From contig OZ024741.1 of the NCBI GenBank assembly GCA_964016885.1, positions 271,994,001-272,058,000 on the forward strand: a stretch of DNA of 64,000 nt. The letters are read 5' to 3'. The notes under the pieces were generated by a model. The model was given only the letters and a program-made list of their open reading frames with translations. It had not been told where the DNA came from and searched no databases. This DNA is from Eledone cirrhosa (taxonomy: Eukaryota). Made by a program: the position numbers and the translations under genes. How positions within the stretch are numbered: position 1 is the first letter of the stretch; each line of letters starts with the position of its first letter. This document shows, piece by piece, positions 12,592 to 25,689 of this stretch.

Positions 12592-13320
12592 AAAATGGAA
12601 CGGGAACAAAACAGAGAGGCAGTACGAACAAAGGTTTATTAGTTTCACGCTCTTGAGAGGGGGGGGGGGCGTTTCGGGCATAAGCCCTTCTTCAGGCGAA
12701 AAGTGTGTGGGAAGAGAGTTCCGAGGGTGTGTAGAGGAGTGGAGGAGAGACATTTAGAAAAAAGGGAGGAGAGGAAAGGGAGGAAAAACGGTGGAAGGGG
12801 TACAAATATAAAAAAAAAACATGAAGATAAACAAGTGGTGGAAGGGTGGTGGCGGGTGGAGTGGGGAGAGGGAGGCGGCGTGTCCGAGCGGGGAGGGCTG
12901 AAGGTGGTGTATGTGTGTAGGTGTACGTGTGTGTGTGTGTGTGTATGTGAATGTGAGAGTTGGGGGAAGAACGAGGTTCCATGTTCAGGAAAAGGTGTGT
13001 GTGTGGGGAGTGGGGTGTAGGTCGGTGTGTGTGTGTGCGCGTGTGGATGGGAAGGGGTCAGAGGGGTGGGGAGGGACGGATTCCGGAGGCTGAGTGTGTA
13101 TATATGTGGGGGTACGCACGTGTGTGTGTGGTGTTTATACGTATTCTGGATGTAGGTGGCGTGGTTCGAAAAAAAATGTTTGTGTGTGTATGTCCGTGGG
13201 TAAGTTCCTAAGGTAGTTCCGTAGAGGGTATGGTGAGGTGCCGGATATTTTCCATGTGACGGAGTTGATAGTGGGAACGATGGCCAATGGTGTGTAATCC
13301 GTGGTTGTGTTGGTCGGATT
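12588..13320 (-). mobile_element. Probable PLE 3' fragment with HHR core (12670-12698)
   Basis: Minus strand CTGAAGA-a-gggc ttat gccc-GAAAcg; TA-flanked. Stems I and III are disrupted by a C-run. Confidence 0.5.
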
Positions 13321-13353
13321 ATATATATATATAAATGCATATATATATATAAA

Positions 13354-13958
<605 letters not shown>

Positions 13959-14035
13959 ACATATATGTATGTATAATTAAAATTTAGCCTCGACATACAT
14001 GTATGTGAATTGCGTATATCTAAATACGATATGTT

Positions 14036-14059
<24 letters not shown>

Positions 14060-14066
<7 letters not shown>

Positions 14067-15150
14067 GGGGGGGGATTTGTGAGAGAGAGTGAGGTATGTA
14101 GTGGGATATGGAGAGGGGTGAGAGTTTATTAGCCAAGTGAGAGTGGGGAGTTAAGAGAGTGAGGTATGTAGTGGAATACAAAGAGGGGAGAGAATTTGGT
14201 CTAGTGAGAGAGGGGGAATTGTGAGAGAGTGTGAGGTATGTAGTGGGTTATAGAGAGGTAAGAGAGTTTATAGGCCTAGTAAGAGAGGGGGTATTGTGAG
14301 AGTGAGAGAGCGTGAGGTGTGTAGTGGAATATAGAGAGGTGGAGAGAATTTGGAGGTCTAGTGAGAGAGGGGGGATCGTGAGCGAGAGTCAGGTATGTAG
14401 TGAGATATAGAGAGGGGAATGCATTTGGTGGTCTAGTGAGAGAGGGGGAATTATGAGAGAGAGTGATGTACGTAGTAGGATAGAGAGGAGGGTGGGTGAG
14501 AGTTCGTTGGTTTAATGAGAGAGGGGAAATTAGGGAGTGAAAGAGAGTGAGGTATGTAGTGGTATATAAAGAGAGAGGGAGATTGATTGGTGGTCTAGAG
14601 AGAGAGAGAGGGGGTATTGTGAGAGCGAGAGAGAATGAGGTATGTACTAGAATATAGGGAGGGGGAAAGAATTTGTTGATCTTGTGAGAGAGCAGGAATT
14701 AAGAAAGTGACAAAGAGTGAGGTATGTAGTGGAATATTGAGAGGGGGGGTTGTGGTCTAGTGAGGTATGTAGTAGTATAGAGTGAGGGGGAGAGAACTTT
14801 GTGGTCTAGGGAAGGAGGGGCTATTGTAAGAGAGCGTGAGGTATGTAGTGGGTTATAGAGAGTGGGTGAGAATTTGGTGGCCTAGTGAGAGAGGGTGAAT
14901 TGTGAAAACGATAGAGCGTGAAACATGGAGTGGGATATAGTGAGAGAGAGAGTTTGCTGGGCTAGTGAGAGAGTGGGAATTACGAGAGTGATAGAGAGTG
15001 AGGTATGTACTGGTATATAGGGAGGGGGAGAATTTTTGTGGTTTATTGAGAGAGGGGAAATTGTGAGAGTGAGGTATGAAGTGGGATATAGAGAGAAGGA
15101 GAGAGTTTTGTGATTTAGCAAGAGAGGGGTAATATTTTGAGAGAGAGTGA
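14060..15150. repeat. ~60-bp purine-rich minisatellite
   Basis: Recurrent gagagtgaggtatgtagtgggatatagagagggg...ggtctagtgagagagggg units. Confidence 0.85.
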
Positions 15151-15441
15151 CAAATTTATTTTAGGAGGGAATAAAAATGTTTTAATATTGGGTTTCACTG
15201 TAAAGTGGTTGTGTATATGAGTGTGATTCGAAGGACTAGCCTTGTCACACTCTGTGTCACACTGAATCTCCCTGAGAACTACGTTAAGAATACATGTGTC
15301 TGTAGAATGCTTAGCCCCCTGCACGTTAATTTCACGAGTAGGCTGTTCTGTTGATAGTATCAACTGGAACACTCGTCGTCGTAACCGACGGAGTGACTTC
15401 ATTTATGTGTGTGTTTATATATATATATGTGTGAATGTGTT

Positions 15442-15531
<90 letters not shown>

Positions 15532-15699
15532 TTTGTGTGTGTATGTGTGTGTTTATATATATATATGTATATATATATGTGCGTGTGTGTGTGTGTGTGT
15601 CTATCTATCTATCTATGAAGTCTTTCAAATCAGGATTTGGACACCATGGCCCACTCAAGTAAAGAGTTATTGTTTACAGAGTCATATCTGGATGTAGGC

Positions 15700-16065
15700 G
15701 GTTTATCCCGGATTTCTTGGAATTTGTCCAAAGACTTTTTGAACTTTATGGGATCTATTTCTGTTTTAATGTTTTGAAGAAAGCGGGACCAGTTGAGGTG
15801 AAATAATTGTGCCGTAATGTTGTTATGAGATGCGAGTTTGATTTTTGTTGTGGGCGGATAACACAGTGCCCAAGAATTAGCTGTATGTTAAAGATGATGC
15901 CAGCATCATTTGGGCAATGCTGATGGAATATTTTCCACATCATGCAGATTGGCGTTGGAGAGAGTAGGGTTTGAGATTTTCTAGTCGACCCCATTAGTCA
16001 AGGCCTGACATGCCATCTATCTTTTTTGTGATTGACCTTTGAGATGCTTCAATTTTCATAATACC
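15700..16065 (-). pseudogene. Degenerate CR1-like LINE RT C-terminal fragment
   Basis: Minus-strand translation KIEASQRSITKKIDGMSGLD*WGRLENLKPYSLQR resembles the CR1-clade C-terminus. Confidence 0.55.
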
Positions 16066-16239
16066 TACTTTGTTACACAGTGGACAACAAAGATGTTAAT
16101 AAAACAAGGGAGGTAATGAAATGATTCTTAACGAAGAGGAATTAAATGCTGAATTATTTCCCTTTAAACGCTCGTTCTGTGAGTTATGCCTTGTTAAACT
16201 GATATGAGTTAATTGCAACGCACAGTCGGCGTTAAAATT

Positions 16240-16545
16240 AAACCAACTTGGCAGACGCCAGAGACCTGAATTATTGAACCTTAAAGGATCACAACTAGAC
16301 AGCTGTCTAGGTTACAGACCTTAGGGAGGTGCATTACTGAACCTTGATCAGAGTTTTATACAGGGCTGGTATTACCATTAAGGCCAACTAGACAGCTGCG
16401 GTAGACACAGACCTCAGAGAGGTGAACTATTGGACCTTGATCACAGTTCTATACAGGGCTGGTGTTACCATTAAAGCCAACTAAACAGTTGTCCAGGAGA
16501 CAGACATTAGAAAGGTGAATTACTGAACTTTAAAAGTTTTATACA
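16240..16545. repeat. ~92-bp tandem repeat (about 3 copies)
   Basis: Repeated cagacc..gaggtg..ttactgaacctt..atacagggctggt..accattaa.gccaacta. Confidence 0.65.
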
Positions 16546-17140
16546 AGTTTGTATAAATAACTTAAATATATAACTTCCTAAAAACCTTTGTCGTTGTATC
16601 AGCATTGTGGAAATATTGAAAGAAGAGAAGGTCGTAAGGTTTTATACTCTGTCACATGATTTGGCGTATGTGGGTGTGGACTGTGTAGTAGAAAGTGTAG
16701 ACTTTCATCCACGGGTCTCCCTTCTCTGTCATGTATGATTTACAAGATGAAATGTCTTTTTATTCGGCAAAAAGAAAAAAAAAAAGAAAAACTGACTGAA
16801 GGCATCTATCGCAGTTTTCGTTGAGGGCAAAATGGGTGAGTGGTTTCATATATCTGTCAGAGGTGGGAGTCTAGTGGTGATGTCCCCTGTCACTAAGTTA
16901 CCTGGAACACATGCGTAGAGACGGAGATCGTTGAATAGCACATTAGATCCACTAGTGTTGGTGGACACATCAGCCATTTGAGACTTATGACATTGATAGA
17001 CGTGTAGGTGACACAAGGGAGAGAATTCAACAGTTTAGTAAACCTAAACATTTCGCTGAGGAGGTGGATGAAAGGATGGATGGATGTAGTTCAACACTAC
17101 AGTGGCCCCATGGCCCTGGGTGGATAATGAAAAGTAAAGT

Positions 17141-17192
<52 letters not shown>

Positions 17193-17483
17193 CAAATAAC
17201 GAAACGAAATTAAATTTCGTTTCGTTTGTAACTCACTTTTGTATGACTGACGCTCAAACAATTAAGTCAAAGATGTACATCCATATATGTATACTGAAAT
17301 ACTAGTATGTATATGAATACACACACGTATACATATGTAGATGTACCAAGTTTTTTTTCACTGATCACTTTACTGTGAGTGGCCAGCTATTCTGTATGTA
17401 AACACACAGACAAACCGGTTTTTAGAGTCATACTGGTTTTTGAGGAAACACCTTTCCTCTATTCTCCAGAAAGCCAGACAAGG

Positions 17484-17528
17484 AATATTGAACTAGTTTC
17501 GTTGTTGTTACAACTCATCAGCAATATT
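17484..17528 (-). ncRNA. Minimal type I hammerhead ribozyme (R1 copy 1)
   Basis: Reverse complement of aatattg-CTGATGA-gttg taacaa caac-GAAA-ctag-tt-caatatt. Confidence 0.88.
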
Positions 17529-17953
17529 TACCCATCTTCCGGCCTCTCTAGAGAATCGTAAAAGCACATATCGCTATATCCTTTTTCTATGAAAATTAGT
17601 AGTGGGCAGACCAACTTGCATAGAGTGTGAGTAAGTACCGGTTCAACGGAGACGATAAAAACAAATAACGAAACGAAATTAAATTTCGTTTCGTTTGTAA
17701 CTCACTTTTGTATGACTGACGCTCAAACAATTAAGTCAAAGATGTACATCCATATATGTATACTGAAATACTAGTATGTATATGAATACACACACGTATA
17801 CATATGTAGATGTACCAAGTTTTTTTTTCACTGATCACTTTACTGTGAGTGGCCAGCTATTCTGTATGTAAACACACAGACAAACCGGTTTTTAGAGTCA
17901 TACTGGTTTTTGAGGAAACACCTTTCCTCTATTCTCCAGAAAGCCAGACAAGG

Positions 17954-17998
17954 AATATTGAACTAGTTTCGTTGTTGTTACAACTCATCAGCAATATT
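17954..17998 (-). ncRNA. Minimal type I hammerhead ribozyme (R1 copy 2)
   Basis: Identical motif, 470 bp from copy 1. Confidence 0.88.
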
Positions 17999-18456
17999 TA
18001 CCTATCTTCCGGCCTCTCTAGAGAATCGTAAAAGCACATATCGCTATATCCTTTTTCTATGAAAATTAGTAGTGGGCAGACCAACTTGCATAGAGTGTGA
18101 GTAAGTACCGGTTCAACGGAGACGATAAAAACAAATAACGAAACGAAATTAAATTTCGTTTCGTTTGTAACTCACTTTTGTATGACTGACGCTCAAACAA
18201 TTAAGTCAAAGATGTACATCCATATATGTATACTGAAATACTAGTATGTATATGAATACACACACGTATACATATGTAGATGTACCAAGTTTTTTTTCAC
18301 TGATCATTTCGTTTCGTTATTTGTTTTTATCGTCTCCGTTGAACCGGTACTTACTCACACTCTATGCAAGTTGGTCTGCCCACTACTAATTTTCATAGAA
18401 AAAGGATATAGCGATATGTGCTTTTACGATTCTCTAGAGAGGCCGGAAGATAGGTA

Positions 18457-18501
18457 AATATTGCTGATGAGTTGTAACAACAACGAAACTAGTTCAATAT
18501 T
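18457..18501 (+). ncRNA. Minimal type I hammerhead ribozyme (R1 copy 3)
   Basis: 7-bp stem I, 4-bp stem II, palindromic aactagtt stem III, GUU cleavage triplet. Confidence 0.88.
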
Positions 18502-18925
18502 CCTTGTCTGGCTTTCTGGAGAATAGAGGAAAGGTGTTTCCTCAAAAACCAGTATGACTCTAAAAACCGGTTTGTCTGTGTGTTTACATACAGAATAGCT
18601 GGCCACTCACAGTAAAGTGATCAGTGAAAAAAAACTTGGTACATCTACATATGTATACGTGTGTGTATTCATATACATACTAGTATTTCAGTATACATAT
18701 ATGGATGTACATCTTTGACTTAATTGTTTGAGCGTCAGTCATACAAAAGTGAGTTACAAACGAAACGAAATTTAATTTCGTTTCGTTATTTGTTTTTATC
18801 GTCTCCGTTGAACCGGTACTTACTCACACTCTATGCAAGTTGGTCTGCCCACTACTAATTTTCATAGAAAAAGGATATAGCGATATGTGCTTTTACGATT
18901 CTCTAGAGAGGCCGGAAGATAGGTA

Positions 18926-18970
18926 AATATTGCTGATGAGTTGTAACAACAACGAAACTAGTTCAATATT
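18926..18970 (+). ncRNA. Minimal type I hammerhead ribozyme (R1 copy 4)
   Basis: Identical motif, 469 bp from copy 3. Confidence 0.88.
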
Positions 18971-19196
18971 CCTTGTCTGGCTTTGTGGAGAATAGAGGAA
19001 AGGTGTTTCCTCAAAAACCAGTATGACTCTAAAAACCGGTTTGTCTGTGTGTTTACATACAGAATAGCTGGCCACTCACAGTAAAGTGATCAGTGAAAAA
19101 AAAACTTGGTACATCTACATATGTATACGTGTGTGTATTCATATACATACTAGTATTTCAGTATACATATATGGATGTACATCTTTGACTTAATTG

Positions 19197-19230
<34 letters not shown>

Positions 19231-19234
<4 letters not shown>

Positions 19235-20384
19235 ATTAAAATACTGGAGCGTGTTGGAGTTAAACACCCTCTTCGTATTATAGAAATGACAGTAAAAGGT
19301 ATAGCTCAATGTAATTAAACAGAGCCGAAGAATTATGAAAGTAAAACAAAGAAGCCTTCAATACATCAAAAGTCTTTATTAGCCAACAATGTTTCGTCCT
19401 ATTAAGGACTCATCAGGGCAATTAAAACAACAAGAAGTATTATCGGCCAATACAAGCCGAAAACTCCGAAGAATATGGAGTGTACACACACTAAAGTATT
19501 GCAAGATTATGGGTAAAAATATATAATAAAAATCACTAAGGAGGTGTATAACATTTAGAACCATATTACAAATATAGTCCAAAGCAAAAAAAAAACCAGA
19601 GCTAAACAAAGGTGGTTATATAGAGCGGGAATTATATATAATACTATATAATATAATATAATATACTTGTAACAATATTAAAATTACAATAAAAATTAAA
19701 AGGTACAATATACATATGTATATATGTACGCACACGTACGCACATATACATATACATCAATACACATATCCATCTTTAACAGCACAAATTAAACCTTATT
19801 AAGAGTTTAAATATAAATAAGCATGATAGGAATAAAAATAATAATAATAATAATAATACGTATATCTAATATACATGAGGTAATAATATGATATGATTAT
19901 AAGTAGCACATATAATATATAATAAACTATACAATTATATACTATATAATATAATATAATAGATAATCTCCGGTTAATTTACACAAACAATATAGATGTC
20001 ACAATAATACTATAATAATAATATAATAACATATATAATATATAATATATAATGGCATGCAAGTTAACAAATCAATTCATATAGAGTTACAGAGTAGGTG
20101 AGAAAAAAATATAAATTGTACAATACCCAAAATTATGATGGTACAAAAATATAAACATCTTACATGATATATAAAATTTAACATATCATAATGGTACATA
20201 TAATCAACGGTAAGTAATAAGGATCGATAGTACAATAACAAATACAATATAAAATAATTAACATAATATAATATATAATTACTTATAATTACAAGGTTGG
20301 TAAACAGACATATATGTGGATGAGTGAGTGAGGGCCAGACAGTAAATAGAATGCACAGTAGTATTAATAAATAATAATAATAAT

Positions 20385-20390
<6 letters not shown>
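19231..20390 (-). mobile_element. Probable PLE 3' UTR/pLTR remnant with HHR at 19380-19421
   Basis: Minus strand gcc-CTGATGA-gtcc ttaata ggac-GAAA-cattg-tt-ggc; AT-rich UTR-like body; TA-flanked. Confidence 0.65.
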
Positions 20391-20430
<40 letters not shown>

Positions 20431-20436
<6 letters not shown>

Positions 20437-20784
20437 GTGAGTTTTTTTTTACAAAATGAAAAATAACCGAGGTGTCCTACACGAGTGAAAGTATAAAGAA
20501 AAAGAGGTGAAATCGAAAATGCAACTGGAGTCTTATTTTTAAAAAAAATATATATATTTATTTGGTTCCTTTACCGGTTTCGCAGTTCTTCTGCTTTTCA
20601 AAAGGTGAGTTGAGATGGAGGGTCTGTGGTTTTTCTCACATCTGATGTGAGAAAAACCACAGACCCTCCATCTCAACTCACCTTTTGAAAAGCAGAACTG
20701 CGAAACCGGTAAAGGAACCAAATAAATATATATATATTTTTTAAAAATAAGACTCCAGTTGCATTTTCGATTTTATCTCTTTTT

Positions 20785-20791
<7 letters not shown>
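20431..20791. mobile_element. Fold-back mini-element with variant (U3/A8) HHRs at 20568-20605 (-) and 20681-20715 (+)
   Basis: ~150-bp arms around a 1-bp centre (20643); cctt-TTGAAAA-gcag..ctgc-GAAA-ccgg-ta-aagg. Confidence 0.75.
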
Positions 20792-20848
<57 letters not shown>

Positions 20849-20852
<4 letters not shown>

Positions 20853-21329
20853 GATAACAAAATATCGTTATAGGTAATCCAGTTAGAGGTTGTGAATACT
20901 TCGTATTGTGGATAGTTTTAGCGTATGGCGTTGTTTGACTCAACAAGAGGTTTCCGTAGGTGGCGAGTTTATGAGTTCTCTTGCATTCCTATGTCTTGGA
21001 GTAGTAATATTGAAAGAGTGAAAAATAACATGGTCAACAGTACAAAAAAGAGGTTTTATTTATAGTATTAGCAATTGTTTCACTGATTTAGCTGTCTAAA
21101 AATTGCTGAACACTTGAAGCTGTGCCACTCAATCCTTCTGATGATCTGGTTAAGCTAACAACGTATTTATAATTGAGTGGCACAGCTTCAAGTGTTCAGC
21201 AATTTTTAGACAATTTAATCAGTGAAATAATTGTTAATACTGTAAATAAAACCCCCTTTTTGTACTGTTGGCCATGTTATTCTTCACTCTTTCAATATTA
21301 CTACTCCAAGACATAGGAACGCAAGAGAA

Positions 21330-21333
<4 letters not shown>
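20849..21333. mobile_element. Fold-back pLTR of family D
   Basis: Left arm 20849-21133 (-) matches the 10900-11196 pLTR. The right arm has CTGATGA at 21138 and GAAA at 21224. Confidence 0.8.
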
Positions 21334-21406
<73 letters not shown>

Positions 21407-21712
21407 AGTATATGTTGGTTGTTTACCGACACCTCAGTATGCAGATTGGAGCACTCGACGAAGTACGCAGATCCATAATTAAGGCCGTGTCTCGGACAGG
21501 ATCTCCAACCTGTCCGCCAATAAGGAGATCTTCGATAGCAACGCAAAAGATACGAGCGTGTCCTATGACGCTGAAATTCGTTTGTTCTAGCTCATATGAT
21601 TCCAGTTCCTCGGAGGAATAACAACACACCCAGGAGCTGGACATATCGATGTATTGACGGAGTAAAACACACTTCAACAACATGTGTACCTGTCTTTTCC
21701 ACACAAATTCGG

Positions 21713-21767
21713 ACTGCCTGAAGAGGTCACACCCAATGATGGCTGTCACCGAAATATATATAGCAGT
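21713..21767 (+). ncRNA. Type I hammerhead ribozyme
   Basis: actgc-CTGAAGA-ggtcaca..tgtcacc-GAAA-tatata-ta-gcagt. Confidence 0.75.
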
Positions 21768-21776
21768 AATTTTTAA

Positions 21777-22076
21777 TCTATATTACTAAAACAGTGAATG
21801 TCTGTTTGTCTGTCTGTCTGTCCAATCACTAAAACTCGAGAACTACCCAACCGAGCTTTTTCAAACTTTACACATGTAATACTTATGGTCCCGTGCGTGT
21901 TTTGAGCTAAAAAATTCAAATTTTCAATGCCCTAGGCACTGCATTAGGCGATTTAGCGATCTCTGTCTATAATTCTTAGTCTTTCTCTTTTTAGATAGAT
22001 ACATAGATATAACGTCGCGCCTTTATAATATCTGTCTGTATGCCTGGCTGTCTGCATTACGTCATTATGACGTGAT

Positions 22077-22149
<73 letters not shown>

Positions 22150-22574
22150 AATATATATTCTTATGCCAGGGAACGTCTTCACGAACCAAAGTATCGTCTT
22201 CCTGTTTTCCTTCGGTTGCAACGTTTTTCGAAATATTTACATCTGCGTTCACAGATGGATTTTTTTAGTTTCAGAAGATCCCGTTAAGGTTTAAAGCAGC
22301 AATTCTTTGCTTAAACTTTAATATGTTATTTTAATATAGATATTCGTGTACAGATATTTTGGCATACACAAAAACAAAATATAAACAAACAAGGCCGGAG
22401 ATTACATAATCACATGCATCACTGACAGATATTTTTGCATCCACAAAAACAAAATATAAACAAACAAGGCCAACGATTACATCAGTTAATCTTAATGTAC
22501 TTCATACTGCTTTTAGGTAGAAGATCCCGTTAAGGGTGAAAGCAGCGATTCTTTGCTTAAACTTTAATCTGTTA

Positions 22575-22643
<69 letters not shown>

Positions 22644-22788
22644 CGTTTCTGAATCATCTGGTTGTGGAACCAACCAACCAGCCGGAAATTTATAAATTCC
22701 TAAATTTGTAAATTTAATTTATAATAAATTGAAGTGAAAGCAACTGGTGCGTGTGTTTCTTATTGGCAACATGACCCTCCCAAAGTAT

Positions 22789-22879
<91 letters not shown>

Positions 22880-23026
22880 TATATTCGTGTACAGATATTT
22901 TTGCATACACAATAACAAAATATAAACAAACGTATTTATTTCACGAGGCTCGACAAGGATAAATATATATAAAAAAATATAAGAACCCTAGAGCAAGTCC
23001 CGAGCAACGCCGGGCCATTCTCCTAG
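21777..23026 (+). mobile_element. Non-autonomous Helitron with nested PLE pLTR fragments
   Basis: A|TCTATATTACT start; 3' hairpin cccgagcaacgccggg plus CTAG|T. Nested family E pieces (22163-22336, 22518-22582) and a PLE tail (22641-22792). An internal segment is shared with ~8890-8950. Confidence 0.65.
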
Positions 23027-23080
23027 TTTATAATAAACGAAGCCAAATTTTACATATTTGACCTAATTATTTTATATATA

Positions 23081-23860
23081 TGTAGCAAGAGTTGCCTCCC
23101 TTGTTGTGACGATCACAACCTCAGTAGCGCTCTCCAGACAGGAAGTAGGTGGAGTTACTTCCCGTTGTGGTTGCAGAGCCTTCTTTGTCACTTCCGTCCT
23201 GGGACCCTATAAAAGGGAGGCAACTCTTGCTACATTATTTGGCGGGAGGTAATGTAGCAAGAGTTGCCTCCCTTACTGTCACCTGTGAACTGTATTTTGA
23301 ACATTTGAACTTTGTTAATAACTATGTTCGAGCACGTTTCTTTGCTCCTTTGACCTCTTCTTTTGATTACATTGTATCTTTGAGTGATGGATAGATAGAT
23401 GTCCAGTCGTTCTCTGGCCAAGAGCGGTTGGCTACCTTGATACCTATCATTGATTTTTACATGCTTATATTTTGCTGTTTTCCTTTTATTGCAAACACTA
23501 TTTTTTTGTAATTTTCATGCCTGGACTTTGATGTTATGCTCGCCATCTTACTCCATACATAGTTCATTCGATTTTTATGTTTTAAAAATCTGGCGGCGGA
23601 TAATGTAGCAAGAGTTGCCTCCCTTGTTGTGACGATCACAACCTCAGTAACGCTCTCTAGACAGGAGTTGGAGTTACTTCCCGTTGTGGTTTCAGAGCCT
23701 TCTTTGTCACTTCCGTCCTGGGACCCTATAAAAAGGACAGCTTTCTCTCTCTCATTTGCTCTTTCGGCTCTTGGCCTTCAGCCAGGCGTTTTCGGCCAGG
23801 CGCGTTCGTCTGGCAACTCTAACATGGCCTCTTGCGAGCTAACTTCAAAACGGTAACAAA
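23081..23860 (+). repeat. Cluster of LTR-like fragments
   Basis: Three starts tgtagcaagagttgcctccc (23081, 23253, 23603), one inverted copy ending 23233 followed by tggcg, and a TATA-like ctataaaagg. Confidence 0.45.
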
Positions 23861-24136
23861 TGACTTTACTTCATTCTTTCTAATACTCATTGATATGTCA
23901 ACTATATTGTTCTATATAACCACAAATTGTTTATTAAATATTATACACACAAACCACGTCTCTTGTTATATTCATACACACCAGTATCTTGTTATATATA
24001 TTTATATATATATATATATAAAGTTGTAGTTCCTGTCTGTTTGTTTGTTTGTTTGTTTGTTCATGAACTCCTCCTATGGTATATGCACATACACATTTAC
24101 ACATTTATAAATAGACACACACACATATATAAACAG

Positions 24137-24172
<36 letters not shown>

Positions 24173-24729
24173 TTATTAATAGCCACACACAACTGTGTCA
24201 CTGGTGTAGCATGGAGTACTAAAGGATATGGTATATGCACACACATACACATTTACACACACACATTTATATATACCCTCACACACACACACACACATAC
24301 ACACACACATAAATAGCCACAGACACATTTATATATACCTACACACACACACACACACACATACACACACACATTTATAAATAGGCACACACACATTTAT
24401 ATATACCTACACACACAGACACATGTACGCACACACATTTATAAATAGTCACACACACATTTATATATACCTACACACATACATTTATTAATAGTCATAC
24501 ACACATTTATATATACCTACACACACACATACACACACATTTATAAATAGTCACACACACATTTATATATATACACACACAAGAACTGTTGTACTTTTCG
24601 ACAATCACACGTTCACTTTCTTTGCACGCGCGCGCGAGTGTGTCTGTGTATGCGTTTATGTATGCGTGTGCGTGTGTGTGCGTACGTGTGTGTATTCACT
24701 TAAACATAAACACATTCATAAAGCGTGGA

Positions 24730-24766
<37 letters not shown>

Positions 24767-24781
24767 GTGTGTGTGTGTGTG

Positions 24782-24854
<73 letters not shown>

Positions 24855-25359
24855 TAAAATAACAGATTAAAGTTTAAACAAAGAATCGCTGCTTTCACCC
24901 TTAACGGGATCTTCTGAAACTAACAAAGTCAATCTGTAAACGCAGAAGTGGATATTTCAAAAAACGTTGCAACCGGAGGAAGACAGGAAGACGATACTTT
25001 GGTTCGTGGTAACGTTCCCTGGCAAAGAACGGGAAAAAACGAATATAATACGTCATTAATAGGAGCGGTGAAAAACAATTACGCGCAAAGACAGAACCAC
25101 GTTAATGGTATAAAAGAAGTCGTAGACTAATGTTCTCTTAGGTGGTTCATAGAGACGTTCTCTGGCAATGAACGGAAAAAACGAAGATAATACGTCATAT
25201 GTAGACGTGGAGAACAATTGCACGCAAAGACAAAACCACGTAAATGGTATAGCTGAAGTCGTAGACTAAATTCTAACTAGGAAACCGAATGAATCTCCGC
25301 TTCAGAGTTAAGAATAAAGTAAATAAATACAATACAGGGGTAATAGAAATTAAATAGGG

Positions 25360-25689
25360 TTAACCGCCAATAGATTCAAGCACCGTCTTTACATGCATAC
25401 CCATTCTTTTCGTTACCCTCTTAGAAGGAATATGACATCACTTTCAGCTTATATCTGGAGTCTAAAAGACAACCACACCCAATTTAAGTTACACTGGGAG
25501 ATCCTAGCTAGGGCTAGATCGTATAACGGAAATAAAAGACCATGTGACCTCTGCGCCGCTGAGGCCCTGGAAATACTCTACGCCACAGACCACATCTCAA
25601 ACAAAAAATCTGAGGCAATTTCGGCTTGTAAACATAAATTGCACAAAACTTTCCTGTATTACAGCCCCACGTTATACCCTAACGGATAG
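25360..25689 (+). pseudogene. PLE GIY-YIG endonuclease C-terminal half
   Basis: LTANRFKHRLYMH...TSLSAYIWSLK...WEIL...CDLCAAE...NKKSEAISACKH. Confidence 0.85.

Larger units (their letters stand above)
17186..19198. mobile_element. Retrozyme-like tandem array R1: 470-bp HHR-containing monomers as two divergent arms
   Basis: Left arm 17186-18306 (~2.4 monomers, HHR on -) and right arm 18307-19198 (~1.9 monomers, HHR on +). Copies are near-identical, have no convincing ORF and are flanked by (TA)n. Confidence 0.85.

Noticed and set aside
17379-19075. Four copies of a 60-aa ORF (MASYSVCKH...)
   Set aside because: It has a GTG start, is antisense to the hammerhead and shows no recognisable motif; the repetition only reflects the R1 array. 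The same applies to the 60-aa ORFs in R2 and the family E pLTRs.
17186-19198. CRISPR array or simple satellite interpretation of the tandem repeats
   Set aside because: There are no unique spacers and the context is eukaryotic. One hammerhead per unit and the fold-back structure fit a retro-mobilised RNA better.
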